This document shows positions 13,706 through 26,433 of a DNA stretch of 64,000 nucleotides, in pieces. The notes beneath the pieces are model-generated. The model worked only from the letters and a program-made list of their open reading frames with translations, was not told the DNA's origin and ran no database searches. Each line of letters starts with the position of its first letter. The first letter of the stretch is position 1. Made by a program: the position numbers and the translations under genes. This stretch comes from Prorocentrum cordatum (taxonomy: Eukaryota), in contig CAUYUJ010000259.1 of NCBI GenBank assembly GCA_963575745.1, positions 310,001 through 374,000 on the forward strand, in the 5' to 3' direction.

Positions 13706-13911
13706 TCATAATTCGGGGTCGGCCAAAAGGGGGGTGATGACTAGAGGGGGGTGGACTTCATGGCGAGGGCCACGATATCTCCCCAGATTGCATTGGGCCT
13801 CTTCTTATGTCGATGTGGTCCTGGCCCCCCCTGGTCCGCGCACATGCCACAGGCCATGATTTGCACCCCCTTCTCTTGGACGCCACCCTCTTGGACGACC
13901 CCAAATAATGA
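13706..13911. mobile_element. MITE-like element
   Basis: Imperfect TIRs tcataattcggggtcggccaaaaggg and ccctcttggacgaccccaaataatga. Confidence 0.65.
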
Positions 13912-14029
13912 TCGATTATTTTGGCGTTGAGTTGTCCCACGTTACATGGTTTATACATCGCCAGCTCGCTCTCGCTGTCGACATTGCTTAGCCTGTTATG
14001 GCTCAACGAGTTCCCCAGAGCTTCTTTTG

Positions 14030-14199
14030 GATGATGCCGGTGATGTCGATGGTGATGACGATGACGATGAGGACGGTTGTGGTGATGATGACCATGCTGA
14101 TGATGTTATTTCTACCTATGATGACTGATAAGGTGGGGGTGATGCTCATGATAGTGGTGGTGGTGGTGATGAGGTTGATGATGCTGATGTTGAGGATGC

Positions 14200-14250
<51 letters not shown>

Positions 14251-14805
14251 GTGTGCGTATGTTGTTGCTTTTACTGGTGATGTCGGTAACGGTAATGATG
14301 GTGATGGTGATGCTAATGATTATGGCGATGATGTTGATGATGGTTCTGCTGATCCTGAGGATGATGACTATGATAATGATGATGACGATGCTGCTGCTTA
14401 TCATGATGCTGATGCTGATCAGCCTGACGATGATGGCGAAGATGATGATGATCATCATGAATATGATGATGATGGTGATACTGAAGGTGACCATGATGAT
14501 GTTGATGCTGATAATGCTGATGATGTTTAGGATGGTCATTTCAAAACGATGGCGATTATGCCGATGATGCTGAGGCGTGTGCTGATGTCGATGATGGTGG
14601 ACAGGGTAATGGCGATGTTGCTGATGAGGATGTTGATAATGCTGAGGCTGATGGTCGTGGTGGTGATTATGATGATGCTGCTGATGATGATGATGAGTAT
14701 GCTGCTGGTGATGATAATGCTGGGGTGATGACGACGACGATGATGATGTTGATGATGATGCTGCTGCTGATCATGATAATGCTGATGGCGGTGGGCGTAA
14801 TGATG
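14030..14805 (+). repeat. Degenerate (GAT)n microsatellite
   Basis: Direct reading. Confidence 0.95.
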
Positions 14806-15582
14806 TGGACGAGCCTCATCTCCTGGCTGCGTGGCCAAAGCGTGACGCTCGTTCGCTCGATGTACCCCTGTCCCTCTTTTGTTTTCTTGGGCGAGTGCCC
14901 CATCGGGCGCGTTCCGGCTGGCCGCTTCTAGCGCTGCGCTATCTTTCGGGTCGAGCGACAAGGGGGAATCAAGCCGTGGCGAAGCGTCTTGGCGTGCCTA
15001 TATGTCTACCAAAGAATGTTCTAAGAACCTTTTGTGGCTTCCGCGAACTGTTCTTTGAACATTTCTGGCTGGTATTGTCTTGTTCTAAGACATCGGGCTC
15101 ATGTTCTAAGCACACTGTTTTTGCTATTGAAACGTTTCTTGGCTCTAAGAAAATTTCGTGGTAGGCTTATAGGACTGCCGGGACTGTCGGTCCCCTGCTC
15201 AAGGGAAGGGTAGCGTGGATACGACACCTGTTGCATGCAGCTGACTTCGGCCCGCCACCCTGCGCGTTCCTCGATGTATGGCCGCCTGCGGCATCGGGCA
15301 GCGCCATGGCATCCCGCTGCATCAGCTGATTCGCTGACCCTTCCTCGGCCGTCCCCGCCGTTGTCCGCTCCGGCTCTCCCTTCCACGGTGCCATCGGGTG
15401 TGAGGGATGGAGATTGAGTGGGATGGAGGAGGAGGAGGAGGAGGAGGAGGAGGAGGAGGAGGAGGCGAAGGAGAGGATGAGCTGGAGGGATGCGGGAGAG
15501 CCGCGGAGAGCCCCCCGAGCTCTCGAGCGTGAGTCTTCGTCGGCTGTGGCGGAGGATTGAACGCCGAGTGCGCTGGGGGCAG

Positions 15583-15650
15583 GTGGATGCCGCTGCAAGC
15601 CGCGCGACATGGAGGCCATGGGGGACACCACGTGCGAGCCGATCTCTTGA
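15583..15650 (+). CDS. Last coding exon of a small Cys-rich host protein (GGCRCKPRDMEAMGDTTCEPIS*)
   Basis: cag|G acceptor, phase matches, stop TGA at 15648-15650. Confidence 0.85.
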
Positions 15651-17319
15651 GGCTCCTTGGGGGGGATGTCTCCTCCCTCCTCCCTCCTCCCTCCGGCACG
15701 CTCTCCTCACTCTTCGGGGGGGCACTGTGCAGACAGCGGCAAATTGGCCCTTGAGGGGGGGAGGCCTCGTCGCCGCGGCCGCACGCAGCGCAGGAAACAC
15801 CTGTGCGCTTGGGACCCGGGAGGGGTCGCGGGGTCGATGCAGAGCTGCTTCCGTCTCAGCTCGCCCGGCTCCGAGCAACCTCCCCTGCAACCTCAGTGTC
15901 GAAGGAGGGCATCGCAGGGAGGGAGGAGGAGGAGGAGGAGGAGGCTTCACGGGGGTTGGACGGGGTGGGCGAGGAAAGTGCCGCGGAGGCGGAGGAGGCC
16001 GAGCACTCTGAGGAGACGGAGCTGGAGGTTCCTCCTCCTTCTCCTCCGCCTCTTCGGTCTCATCGTCACCCTGATCCTCTTCACCTCCACTGCCTCCTTA
16101 GTTTCCTCGTCCTGCTGCCCCTTCTCCTCCCCTTCACCAATTCCTCTGTGTCCTCCTCGTTCTCCTCCTGGTCCCCCCCCTCCTCCTCTTCTACCGCCCC
16201 CTCTGCCTCCCTGTCTAGCTCCTTCTTCGTCGTCTCTTCCTGACACGTCTCCTCCTTCGATGTCATGCTGATCATGCGCTCTCCTTGTGGGACACCTCAA
16301 GGGAAACGAAGTCCGCTTTTCTCCATCTCCACCTGCTTCGCCTCGTCTTCCTTTGTTATCTTTCCCTTTTTCGCATCCTTCCCTCCTTCTGCTCCTCCTT
16401 GCCCCCGTCCTTCTGATATCCTCCACTGCATCCCCCCGTGTTGCTTCTGGTGCTGCTCCGCCTTCTCGTGTTTTCATTCCTTCTTTCTTCTCACCCTTTT
16501 GCCCCCCCCCCCAGCCCACCACCTCTTGATCCAGCAGTCCAAAAGTGCATCCTCCTCTCCTTCTTCTCTCATCCGCTTCCTCCTTCTCTACCTCATACTG
16601 CCCACCAGGCCTGGCGGGACTCCCCATGGTATATATGATATACGGTCAATCGATGACATAATGTCTGAGCCACCCCACATGCGTAGGTGCAGTTCTGCGG
16701 GGGTCGAGCCCATCATGGTCACCATTCAAATTATCATGCTGGGCTTGGGATCAGGTTTTGCGGAACTTGCGGGAGCTTCGCGACCCCATTGTTTGCCGAG
16801 TTCGGCAAGGAGTGTCTCAGCAAAGCCACGGGTAATTACCAGGATCATATCCGTAAGTATCCCCAAAGGTTCTGACGTGCAGATGCAGCGAAGCCGACCA
16901 GGCAAGGCGTGATGCTCGGTAGCATCAGTTTGGTAGCTGGCACAGTCACAACACCCGTACCCATCTGTCGTTGACAGTCGGTATTTCTGGACCCCGCGAC
17001 ACCAATACATTTTACACGCCTCATTACTTCAAGAGTCGAGCAGTTGTCGCCCAACTTTCCCCTTTCAGGTGGCGGTCGGAAGCGTGATCTGTCTCACGCA
17101 CCTTCCTTCTTTTTCCGATACCGACCGATGGGCATGTTCGTCGTAATTTCTCCTGCAGGCCCCCCTCCTGCTCAATCACCTCCTCATTGCTCCAGCTCCC
17201 TCCCCTCCTGCCCCCCTCTCGTGCTAAGCGGCTCGCCCTTCTCGGTCCCCCTCTGCGCCTTGTCTGCGAGCATGGGCCTCTCCCAAAGTGTTGTGAAGGT
17301 TGAGGAGGAATTGGGGCCC

Positions 17320-17482
17320 TGTGGGGGCCCATGCCAAGATACACCCTGCTTGCCTCCAGGGTGCCATGGGTTCCTTGGGTTTCGATGGTTTTGTTATGGC
17401 AAGCGTGACGTCCCCACGGCAACAATCCATGGACGTCCTGGGGTCCCAGGGTTGGGTTTCATGTGGAAGGTCTCTTGGGGTC
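17320..17482 (+). repeat. Dispersed ~160-bp repeat (second copy ~63565-63722)
   Basis: ccatgccaaga.acaccctgcttgcct...ggacgtcctggggtc.cagggttgggtttc is shared by both copies. Confidence 0.85.
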
Positions 17483-19019
17483 GGGCCCCTCCTGTATGGT
17501 GTTTCCTTTCACCCTGGAGGCCTGCGATCAGAGATGGGGGCGGTGCCCGTTGGCGCCCCCCCACCCCGCCCCTCGGATGCCAAGCAGGCGCCTCTTTTGG
17601 GCAGGGCTGGACCTCAAACGTTGTTTTGCTGGACTTCGCCTGTGTTTTGTTTTTGCTGTTTGGGGAGGGAGGGACATGGAAACAGAAATGTAGAGCAAAA
17701 CGAAGCACAAAACAAAAACAAATCGAACAACAACGATTAGGTCCAGCCCTGCTTCTTGGCGCTCTTGAGGTGCTCTTGGGGCGCTCTTAGGCCCATCCGG
17801 TCCTCGGGCCACGTTGGAGCCATCTTAGGACCTCTGGAGCCTATCCAGGGCTCGTTTCGTTTCGATTCGACTCGATTCGGTTCGATTTCGACGGCTGCCG
17901 ATTCCGATTCCACTCCGCTCCGGATTCCGATGTGGGCTCCGATTTCCTAATGGAGGCCTACTGGCCTGCCAGTTTCCGCCGATTCGCTTTTCCCGACTCG
18001 GCTGCCGATTTCTTCCGATCCGATGTATTTCGATTGCCGATCCGACTTATCGATTCGATTTTGGGCTCTCCTGCCTTTCGGAAGCGAAACGGCGGGAAGG
18101 CAAAACGCGTTGACCCTTGGTATTTGAATGAGTTGGGCCTCTCGGGGGTCCGCGGGAGACTCCGTGGCCATTTGTAGCCATCTTGCGACGGTCATGGCGC
18201 CCCTTGGAGGCATGTTGGAAGTTGTCTGGAGCCATCTTGGGTGATCTTCTGTGATCGTGGAGGCCATACTGGTCTATCTGAGTCCTGTTGGGGCCATACT
18301 GGGCATCCTAGGCGCAGGGCGAGGGGGGATGGGGAATAGGCCAACCCCTCCTCCAAGAGAAAGAAGAGGACGGAAGAGCTAGCTCGCTAAACCACAAAGT
18401 GTTGACGGGATTTGCCAGTGGGCCCTGGAAGCGACAGGGCAATGTTGTTGTTGCGTTTTGGGTACGACTGTTTTCTTGCGACCGTGATGGGAAGTATTTT
18501 TCAGTCTCCAGCGCCGTGTGTTGGATGCTTCTGGCAGCGTTGTTTTGCCGTTGTCGTTCCCCTGGTGGGGCCGTGTCCAGATCATAGCTTTTCATCGGGT
18601 CTGAGCCGTCTTCCAACCGATTTCGAACGTCTTCCGGATCCCCGGATTACTCAGGCCGTTTCGGTGAATTGCTTTTTCTTGTTCCGGTAATTTAACGTTG
18701 TTCTCTTTATGGGCAGGACTCATGACGATGAGACATTTATTGTGATGAAAGCGGTCTAATCTGCCCTGCTGTTTCCAGGGCCCATTGACTTGTGGGAGGC
18801 TTTTTAGAAGCCTCCGTTCCATCCACGGAGGCCGACTACATCGCCCCAGCTCTGGCTAAAGTTCGTTGACACCTTGTCCGGGATTCCTCCTCCGCCGCCC
18901 CGTCTTCGCACGCCAGAGGAAGAAGAAGACCAGGGGGAGGAGTAGGAGGAGGAGGAGGAAGAAGAGGAGGACCAAAATGAGGGCGACGATAACGCAGTAC
19001 AGGACGAAAGGGATGATGT

Positions 19020-19299
19020 GGAAGAAGAAGAACATGAGGCGGATTATGATGATGATGGTGATGATGATGCTGATGCTGATGACGATAATGACGATCATGA
19101 TAAGGATCTGGATCATGATCATGATCATCATGATACTGATGACGATAATGAGGATGATGATCAGGCTGATGAGGCTGATGATGATGATGATGTTGATGCT
19201 GATGGTGATAATGCTGAGAGTTTGATGATGTTGGTGTTGATGATCCCGATGGTGACGATGATGACGATCATGATTATCGTGATGATGACGATGATGATA

Positions 19300-19334
<35 letters not shown>

Positions 19335-20320
19335 ACTACTACTGATGATGATGATGATGATGATACTACTGATGAAACTGATGATGCTGATGGTGACCTT
19401 TACATGATGAGGTTGATTATGATGATGACGATGATGAGGAGGATGATTAGCATAAGGTTGCGGATGGTTCTGATGATGAGGATGTTGAGTATGATGATGA
19501 TGGTGGTGATGATGGCGATGTTGCTGGTGATGTAAATGCTGATGCTGCTGCTGATGATGATGACGATGGGGATGCTGCTGATGCAGATGATGAAGAGGAT
19601 GAGGATGACTAGGATTACGACGGGGATGCTGATCAGGATGATGGGGATGCTCATGCGGAAGGGGATGACGATGTGGATGGTCATGAGGGTTCTATAGGTG
19701 ATAATGATGTTGATGATGATGCTAATGATGAGGATGGCGATGATGATGACGACACTGATGGTGATGATGACGATGACGATGATGAGGATACCGATGTTGA
19801 TTATGATCTTGATGATGCGAGAGAGGGTGACGATGATAATAAGAAGATTATGATGATGCCGCTGCTGATGCTGATCACGAAACTTATGACGATGACGATG
19901 ATTTTGGTGATGATCATGATGATGATGTCCATGATACTGATGCTGCTGATGCTCATGATGCTGATGCTTATGCTGATGCTGATGATGGAGATGATGCTGA
20001 TGATGATGCGGGAAATGATGAGGATGCTCTCATGAGGATGATGATGCAGATGATGATGACGGCGATACTGATGATGATGATGATGATGATGATGTTGATG
20101 ATGATGTTGATGATGCTGATGTTGTTGATGATGATCATGATGGTGATGCAGCTGATGATGATGATGATGACGATGATGGTCATGATGATGATGGTGCTGA
20201 CGATGATGATGATGACGATGGATAGGAGGGGGAGCAGGAGGACAAGGAGGATGCTGATCATGCTTATGAGGATGAAGATGAGGTGGAGGAGGAGAAAGAG
20301 GAGGAGGAGGAGGATGAGTT
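19020..20320 (+). repeat. Long degenerate (GAT)n microsatellite
   Basis: Direct reading. Confidence 0.95.
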
Positions 20321-23300
20321 GGAACTGTAAGTCGGTGGAGGAGGGCCAGGAGGATGCGAGGGACGACGAGGCGTGGAAGTTGACGAGGATGCGTAGAGCT
20401 CTTGATCTTTTCTTTCAATTCTGAAGTTGGCGCTTCCGCGGTGGCAGCATGAAAGAGGGCGCATCCGGGAAGACAGAGAGAGAGAGGATGCAGTCTAGGT
20501 GGATGAGGTGGTGGAGGCCCAGGAGCATGTTGAGGACGGCGAGGAGGTGGAGGAGGTGGAGGATGAAGAGGTGGAGGTGGAGGATGAGGAGGTGCAGGAT
20601 GCGGAGGACAAGAGGACGAGCCGAGAAGGAGGAGGAGGAGGAGAGGGAGGCCGACGAGGAAGAGGAGGAGGACCTGGAGGTGGTCACGAGCATGGGGAGG
20701 GGTTGGACGAGAGCGAGGATCGTGCAGGAGGAAAGGAGTGGGTGGATGCCGACGAGGGGGTGGACGATGCTCGGGGCAAGGAGCACTCGCGGGAGGCCTT
20801 GCCGCCGCCGCCGCGACGGGCTGAGCGTGACCGCGGCGCGCCGCACACGGGCCGCGTGCGCGCCGCGTCCGCAGTGGCCGCCGGAAAAGGGTCCCCGCCG
20901 TCGCGGGGGGAAGGGGAGGAGGGAGGGAATGGGGGGGAGGGAGGGAGACAAGGAGAGGGGAAGGGAGGGGAGAAGGGAGGGGGGGAGGCAAGGAGAGGGG
21001 AGTGGAGGGGAGGGAGGGGGGGGGGGGAAGGCGAGGAAAGGAGTGGGGAGGGAGGCGAGGAGAGGAGGATAGTACAGCCCCTCGCCACCCCCAGCCAGGA
21101 CTCCCTGGATCACGAGGTCGGGAGTGGGGGTCCTGCCTGTGGGGCGGGGCTGGGGAATGTACTGCGTAAGCGTACGCGTTCGGAGGTCCGCGCGGACCTC
21201 CAGGATCGGTGCTGAGGCCCCCTTGGCGGCTCCTCCGGCACCGCGCCCCTGGCGCGATCCGCACGCCAGGTCGGGGCGTGGAACAAGGCCCCGGTTTATG
21301 TTTGTGCAGCTCGTTGTTGCTTCAAGGAGGGGGTAGCGGTCCCTGGCGTCAGCTTCCTGGCGTCGACGTCCCGAGAAGCACGGGTGGAGGAGGCTGTGGC
21401 AGGACAGGCAGTGAGGGAGGAGGACGACGCCGACGACGACGACGGCAATCGACGTCGGCGGCGGCGACGACGACGACGCCGACGCCAACCCCGATGACGA
21501 TTCCAACGACGATGACAACCCCGACGACGACGACGATGCCGACGCCGACGACGACGACGACGACGACGGCGCCCGCCGCAGGCGCGCCTCGCTGAGAGAA
21601 CCCCGGCGGTGGCTCCGCCGCGGGCCGCCCGTGTCCGCGTGGAGGCTTGGCCGTGGCGCGTCGCCATCGCCGCCGCGTTCGCCCTCGTCGTTGTCGTCGT
21701 CAGCGGCGTCATCGTCGTCGGCGTCGGCGGCGTCGTCGGCGTCGTCGTCGTTGTCGTCTTCGTCGTCGTCGTCGTCGGCTTCGGCGTCGGCGGTGTCGGC
21801 GTCGGCGTCGTCGGGGGTGGTTTCGGCGTCGTCGTCGGTATCGTCTGCGTCATCGGCGTCGATGGCGTCGATGTCGACGTCGCCGACTGCCTCGGAATTC
21901 CTGAGGGAGAATAAAGGAGAGGCCGAAGGATTGAACGGGGGGATAGGGGGGATGATTGGATTGGACTTCTCTTCTTCGAAACTCGAGTCGTCCACCTGAC
22001 CTGTGAAAAAAAAGTACCCCTCGCTACCCTGTGCATCAGCAGCTTGATATGGTAAGCCAGGGCGGGGGGAGGAGGACGGAGGAAGCGGGGAACGAGGAGG
22101 AGGAGGAGGAGGAGGAGGAGGGCAACATTGAGGGTTGAGAAGGAGGAGGAGAAAGACGAGGAGAAAGCAGGGAGGAGGAGGAGGGAGGAGGACGAGGAGG
22201 AGGAGGAGGAGCAGATTGGCCATTCCACAAGATCAACTGATCAAAGGCAGCCACAGTATATTGCGTTTACATCAGCAGCTCCTTATTTTTCGAGCCCCTT
22301 TCACTAGCCTGACCGATCCTCGGGACGGGGGGATGTCACCACGACGGGGAGGCGGTGGAGGTCGAGGAACGCACAGCCGAGCATGCCATCTTTCAAGCTT
22401 AGATGATGAAGTCACGCCTTCTCTCCCCCGACTTGCACGCCAGCTTTTATGCTTTAAGCCGCATGGCCAACGAGTATCGTCTTCTGCTCACTTGTTGTTT
22501 GAACTGATTCTGCTACTGCGGGGGGGGTGATATTGGAGTTTGATATCGAGTTGGGTGGGGACAGGGCACTTTGCAGCCAAAACCTTATCCTGCGTTACCG
22601 TTTCATCCTTGCATGCGTATTTCGCCCACTGTAGTTCGGTGCCTCCCCTCCACCTGCATCATGTTTTTTGTTTGTTGGTGTGTGTGTGCCTCTCTGTTTC
22701 TCTCTCTTTCTCTCTCTCTCTCTCTTTATCCCCCCTCCAGTGTGACGGCAACGTTACGCAGTGCCCACCAGGGTTTCCCCGTTTTTCTTTAACTTCCTGT
22801 CCGTCCAACTCCGCCCTTGCCGCCAGCCCAATTTTTGTTGCTCAACCCCACGTCGCTACAGCTTCGCCGCTCAAGTTCGTTCAACGTCACAACAAGCAAC
22901 GGAGGAGCAGGGAGGAGGGGACCTGGCCCCAGCCCTGGCCCCTGCTCCGCCCCCAGCCCCTCCGCAGCACCAGCCCCAGCCCCACCGAACCCAGCCCTGG
23001 CCGCGGCCATGGCTCTAGTCCCGGCCCCGGCGCCGAGCTCGATTCGGAGGGGGAAACCTGCCCCAGCCCCAGCTCCGAGCTCGAACCCGGCCCCGGCCCT
23101 GGCAGCGGCCCTGACTCCCAGCCCGGGCCCCCGACCCGGGGCTAGGACGGGGCTAGGACGATGATAAATCTGTTCCAGCGCGTTTCGAAACAATTTCAGA
23201 GCGTTCTCGAAAGCTTTGAGAAGGCTGCGGTGCTCGAGACATCCCCCAGAGCCGTCGGATCTCAGATATTATCGATTTTTATTTATTTATTTTTTTGTTT

Positions 23301-23963
23301 TTTGTTTTTTTTTGTTTCTGGCTTCGTCTTACGTACCAGACCCTGACGTCGTGATTTTTTCACAACGTCACCCCAAGAGGTCTCGATCCACTCCTTCTGG
23401 ACCGGTTTCCCATCCTGAGTCGTTTTTTGACGCTCCCGAGGGCCGGTAAGGGCCCCCCACGGCCGAAAACAATGAAACACCTACCGCCGCGATGTTGCCA
23501 CAACGCGAGGGGGTGTGGGTCATGGCTTCGTCTCCCGCAGGCCTGGGGGAGTGAGGGGAAGGTATGCGAGCAGCAGCGGCAGCAGGACCGTTCGACATGT
23601 CTTTGGCCCGTTCCAAGGCAGCACCGCCCAGGAAAGGTGACAGGGTGGGGACGGGGAGGAGTCCAGCAGGGTGCGTTCTCCTTCCACCTCACCTTGATCG
23701 CAAACATGGATTAAGGGGGCGTGGATTAGCGACGGGTCCCGCTTCCCTTGGAAATCGCGGACTTCCGCCGCTGAACGGGGCGGCACCGGCCGCATCTTGT
23801 GCAGGGCACCTCCCCCGATCCAATGGATCTGGCGACCGCGCGCCAAGCCCATGGATCCCTAAGCCATGTCTGCGCGCCCCCATGCCCCCGACAGCAGCCA
23901 ATGTCCGCGCTCTCCATGGATCGCTAATCCATGTCTGTAATTAAGCCTAGTCCATGAACCCCG

Positions 23964-24025
<62 letters not shown>

Positions 24026-25059
24026 CGCAGCGCCCACGCGCGGCGCGTTCCGGCGCCCCGCCGCGGGAGCCGCGCCGCCGCCCGAGCCGCGCGCGATGGC
24101 GCCGCGGCGCGCCGCGGGGCGCCGGCGCCGCCGCGGCGAGGCCCGGGGGCACGGGAGGGCGCCAGACCCCCTCGCGTGGCGAAGGAGTCACGACCCTCCC
24201 CCTCCCCCTCGAGGGCTAAAAAATAACACGCGACTTAAAAACCTATCCCAGAGCTATTCTACGTCTTGGTTTTAGGCTGTTTCGTCTCGTCTTTTAGGTT
24301 TTCAGGTCTCCAGTGCTAAAAAATATCTCTGTGGAAGGTCAGGGCTGACATGATCGCGTCGTGACAGAAATCAGGACGGGAGGTCTGTGAGTCTTCTCGG
24401 CCCCGGGGAGCCCTCGCCGGGCCCCGGGGCCGTGAACAAACGATTCAGGATGGAAAACCGGCCCCGAGGAAAGGGTCTGGATTTCCGGGGGCGCCGTATG
24501 GGACAAATCGGGACGTCGTTTGTCTGGGGACGGAAGATTTTTCGCTAAATTCTGCCTCTGGGGACCCTCGCCAGCTTCGGGAGCGTCGAACCACGACGCG
24601 GGAGGAGGAGCTGGTCCCAGGGAAGGGGATGACAACCGATGGGATCGACGCAGTCTGGGAGGAGGTCGGTGCTCAACGGACTGAGGCTGCACCGACCCGG
24701 ATCCCGCAAAGGCTGCTTGACCCGGGTTTGCATCGACCAGTGTCAGTGGATCCCCCGAGCAGGGCGAGGGGAGGAGGGAGGCTGACGAGGAAAAGATGGA
24801 GGAGATGGAGGAAATTGAGGGGATGGAGGAGGAGATGGAGGGGATGGAGGAGATGGGGGAGGAGAGGGAGGGGGAGGAGGCAAGCTAGGTGCGCTCGCGT
24901 CATATCTGACGTCCTACCCCTCCCTCCCATCCCTTACCATGGCGCTGATTTTCTCTATCCGCGGACGCGTGTCGTAGCGGACCTGTGGCTCCGCGCGCGC
25001 GTGCGTAGTGGGTGGTGGTGCGCGTGCGTGCGTGCGTGCGTGTGTGTGCGTGGTTGTGG

Positions 25060-25260
25060 TGCTGGTGTGGTGTGGTGCTGGTGCTGGTGCTGGGTGCTGG
25101 TGCTGGTGCTGGTGCTGGTGGTGGTGCTGGTGCTGGTGCTGGTGCTGGTGCTGGTGCTGGTGCTGGTGCTGGTGCTGGTGCTGGTGCTGGTGCTGCTGGT
25201 GCTGGTGGTGTGGTGCTGGTGCTGGTGGTGGTGGTGGTGGTGGTGGTGGTGGTGGTGCGG
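25060..25260 (+). repeat. (TGGTGC)n/(TGG)n microsatellite
   Basis: Direct reading. Confidence 0.95.
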
Positions 25261-25574
25261 CGCGGTGGTGGCGGGCGGATGGGCGCGCGAGAAAGAGGCC
25301 CGCGCTGGGGCGAGAACGCCATCCTGAACGACGGAGGCCAAACACCGATCCGAAAATGAGGCCCACGCTGCAGCGGGAGCACGATTCGGAACGATTCGGG
25401 AGCAGAAATGAGGCCGGCGCCTCAGCGACAGCAGCATTTTTGAAAAAAACACAAGCGAAAACCCAACTCCGGGGAATCCTGTGTGTAAAAAAAAGTACGC
25501 GGGGGGGTGCCGAATATCTTCCGGACGCCATCAGGGGAAGTGGGAGAGTATTTTCATATTGTGTAATTGTAGAT

Positions 25575-26090
25575 GGAGGAGTAGGAGGAGAAGGATGAGG
25601 AGGAGGAGGAGGAGGAGGAGAAGCAGGAGGAAGAGGGAGGAATCCGGGGAGGGGGAGGGGGAGGAGGAGGAGGAGGAGAGGAGGAGGAGGGGAGGAGGAG
25701 GAGGAGGAGGAGGAGGGAGGAGGAGGAGGAGGAGGAGGAGGAGGAGGAGGAGGAGGAGGAGGAGGAGGAGGAGGAGGAGGAGGAGGGAGGAGGAGGAGGA
25801 GGAGGAGGAGGAGGAGGAGGAGGAGGGAGGAGGAGGAGGAGGAGGAGGAGGAGGAGGAGGAGGAGGAGGAGGAGGAGGAGGAGGAGGAGGAGGAGGAGAG
25901 GAGGAGGAGGAGAGGAGGGAGGAGGAGGAGGAGGAGGAGGAGGAGGAGGAGGAGGAGGTAGGGAGGAGCAGAAGAGGAGGAGGAGGAGGAGAGGAGGGGG
26001 AGAAGGAGGAGGGGAGGAGGAAGGAGGAGGAGGAGGAGGAGGAGGAGGAGGAGGAATCCGGAGGAGGAGGGGGGAGGAGGAGGAGGAGGA
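25575..26090 (+). repeat. (GGA)n microsatellite
   Basis: Direct reading. Confidence 0.95.
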
Positions 26091-26433
26091 GGCGGCCTTG
26101 AAATCGGGGGCCCTGGGCGCCGGATCCTTCGGCGTCCTGGGGGCGTTGGCGGCCCCGGGGGCCCGGGGCACTGGAGGCGAAGCGCCCACCTCAAGAGCTC
26201 CAGGCCTACCAGATGGGGTCGGAGGTGGATGGTTTCTCCGAATGGCTTAGGTGACCCGAGGAGGAGGCGGCCTTGAAATCGGGGGCCCTGGGCGCCGGAT
26301 CCTTCGGCGTCCTGGGGGCGTTGGCGGCCCCGGGGGCCCGGGGCACTGGAGGCGAAGCGCCCACCTCAAGAGCTCCAGGCCTACCAGATGGGGTCGGAGG
26401 TGGATGGTTTCTCCGAATGGCTTAGGTGACCCG
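26084..26433 (+). repeat. Perfect 175-bp tandem duplication
   Basis: 26084-26258 equals 26259-26433. Confidence 0.95.

Noticed and set aside
16640..17050. Unique-looking segment, possibly a 3' UTR exon or TE remnant
   Set aside because: No recognisable protein motif or defensible boundaries.
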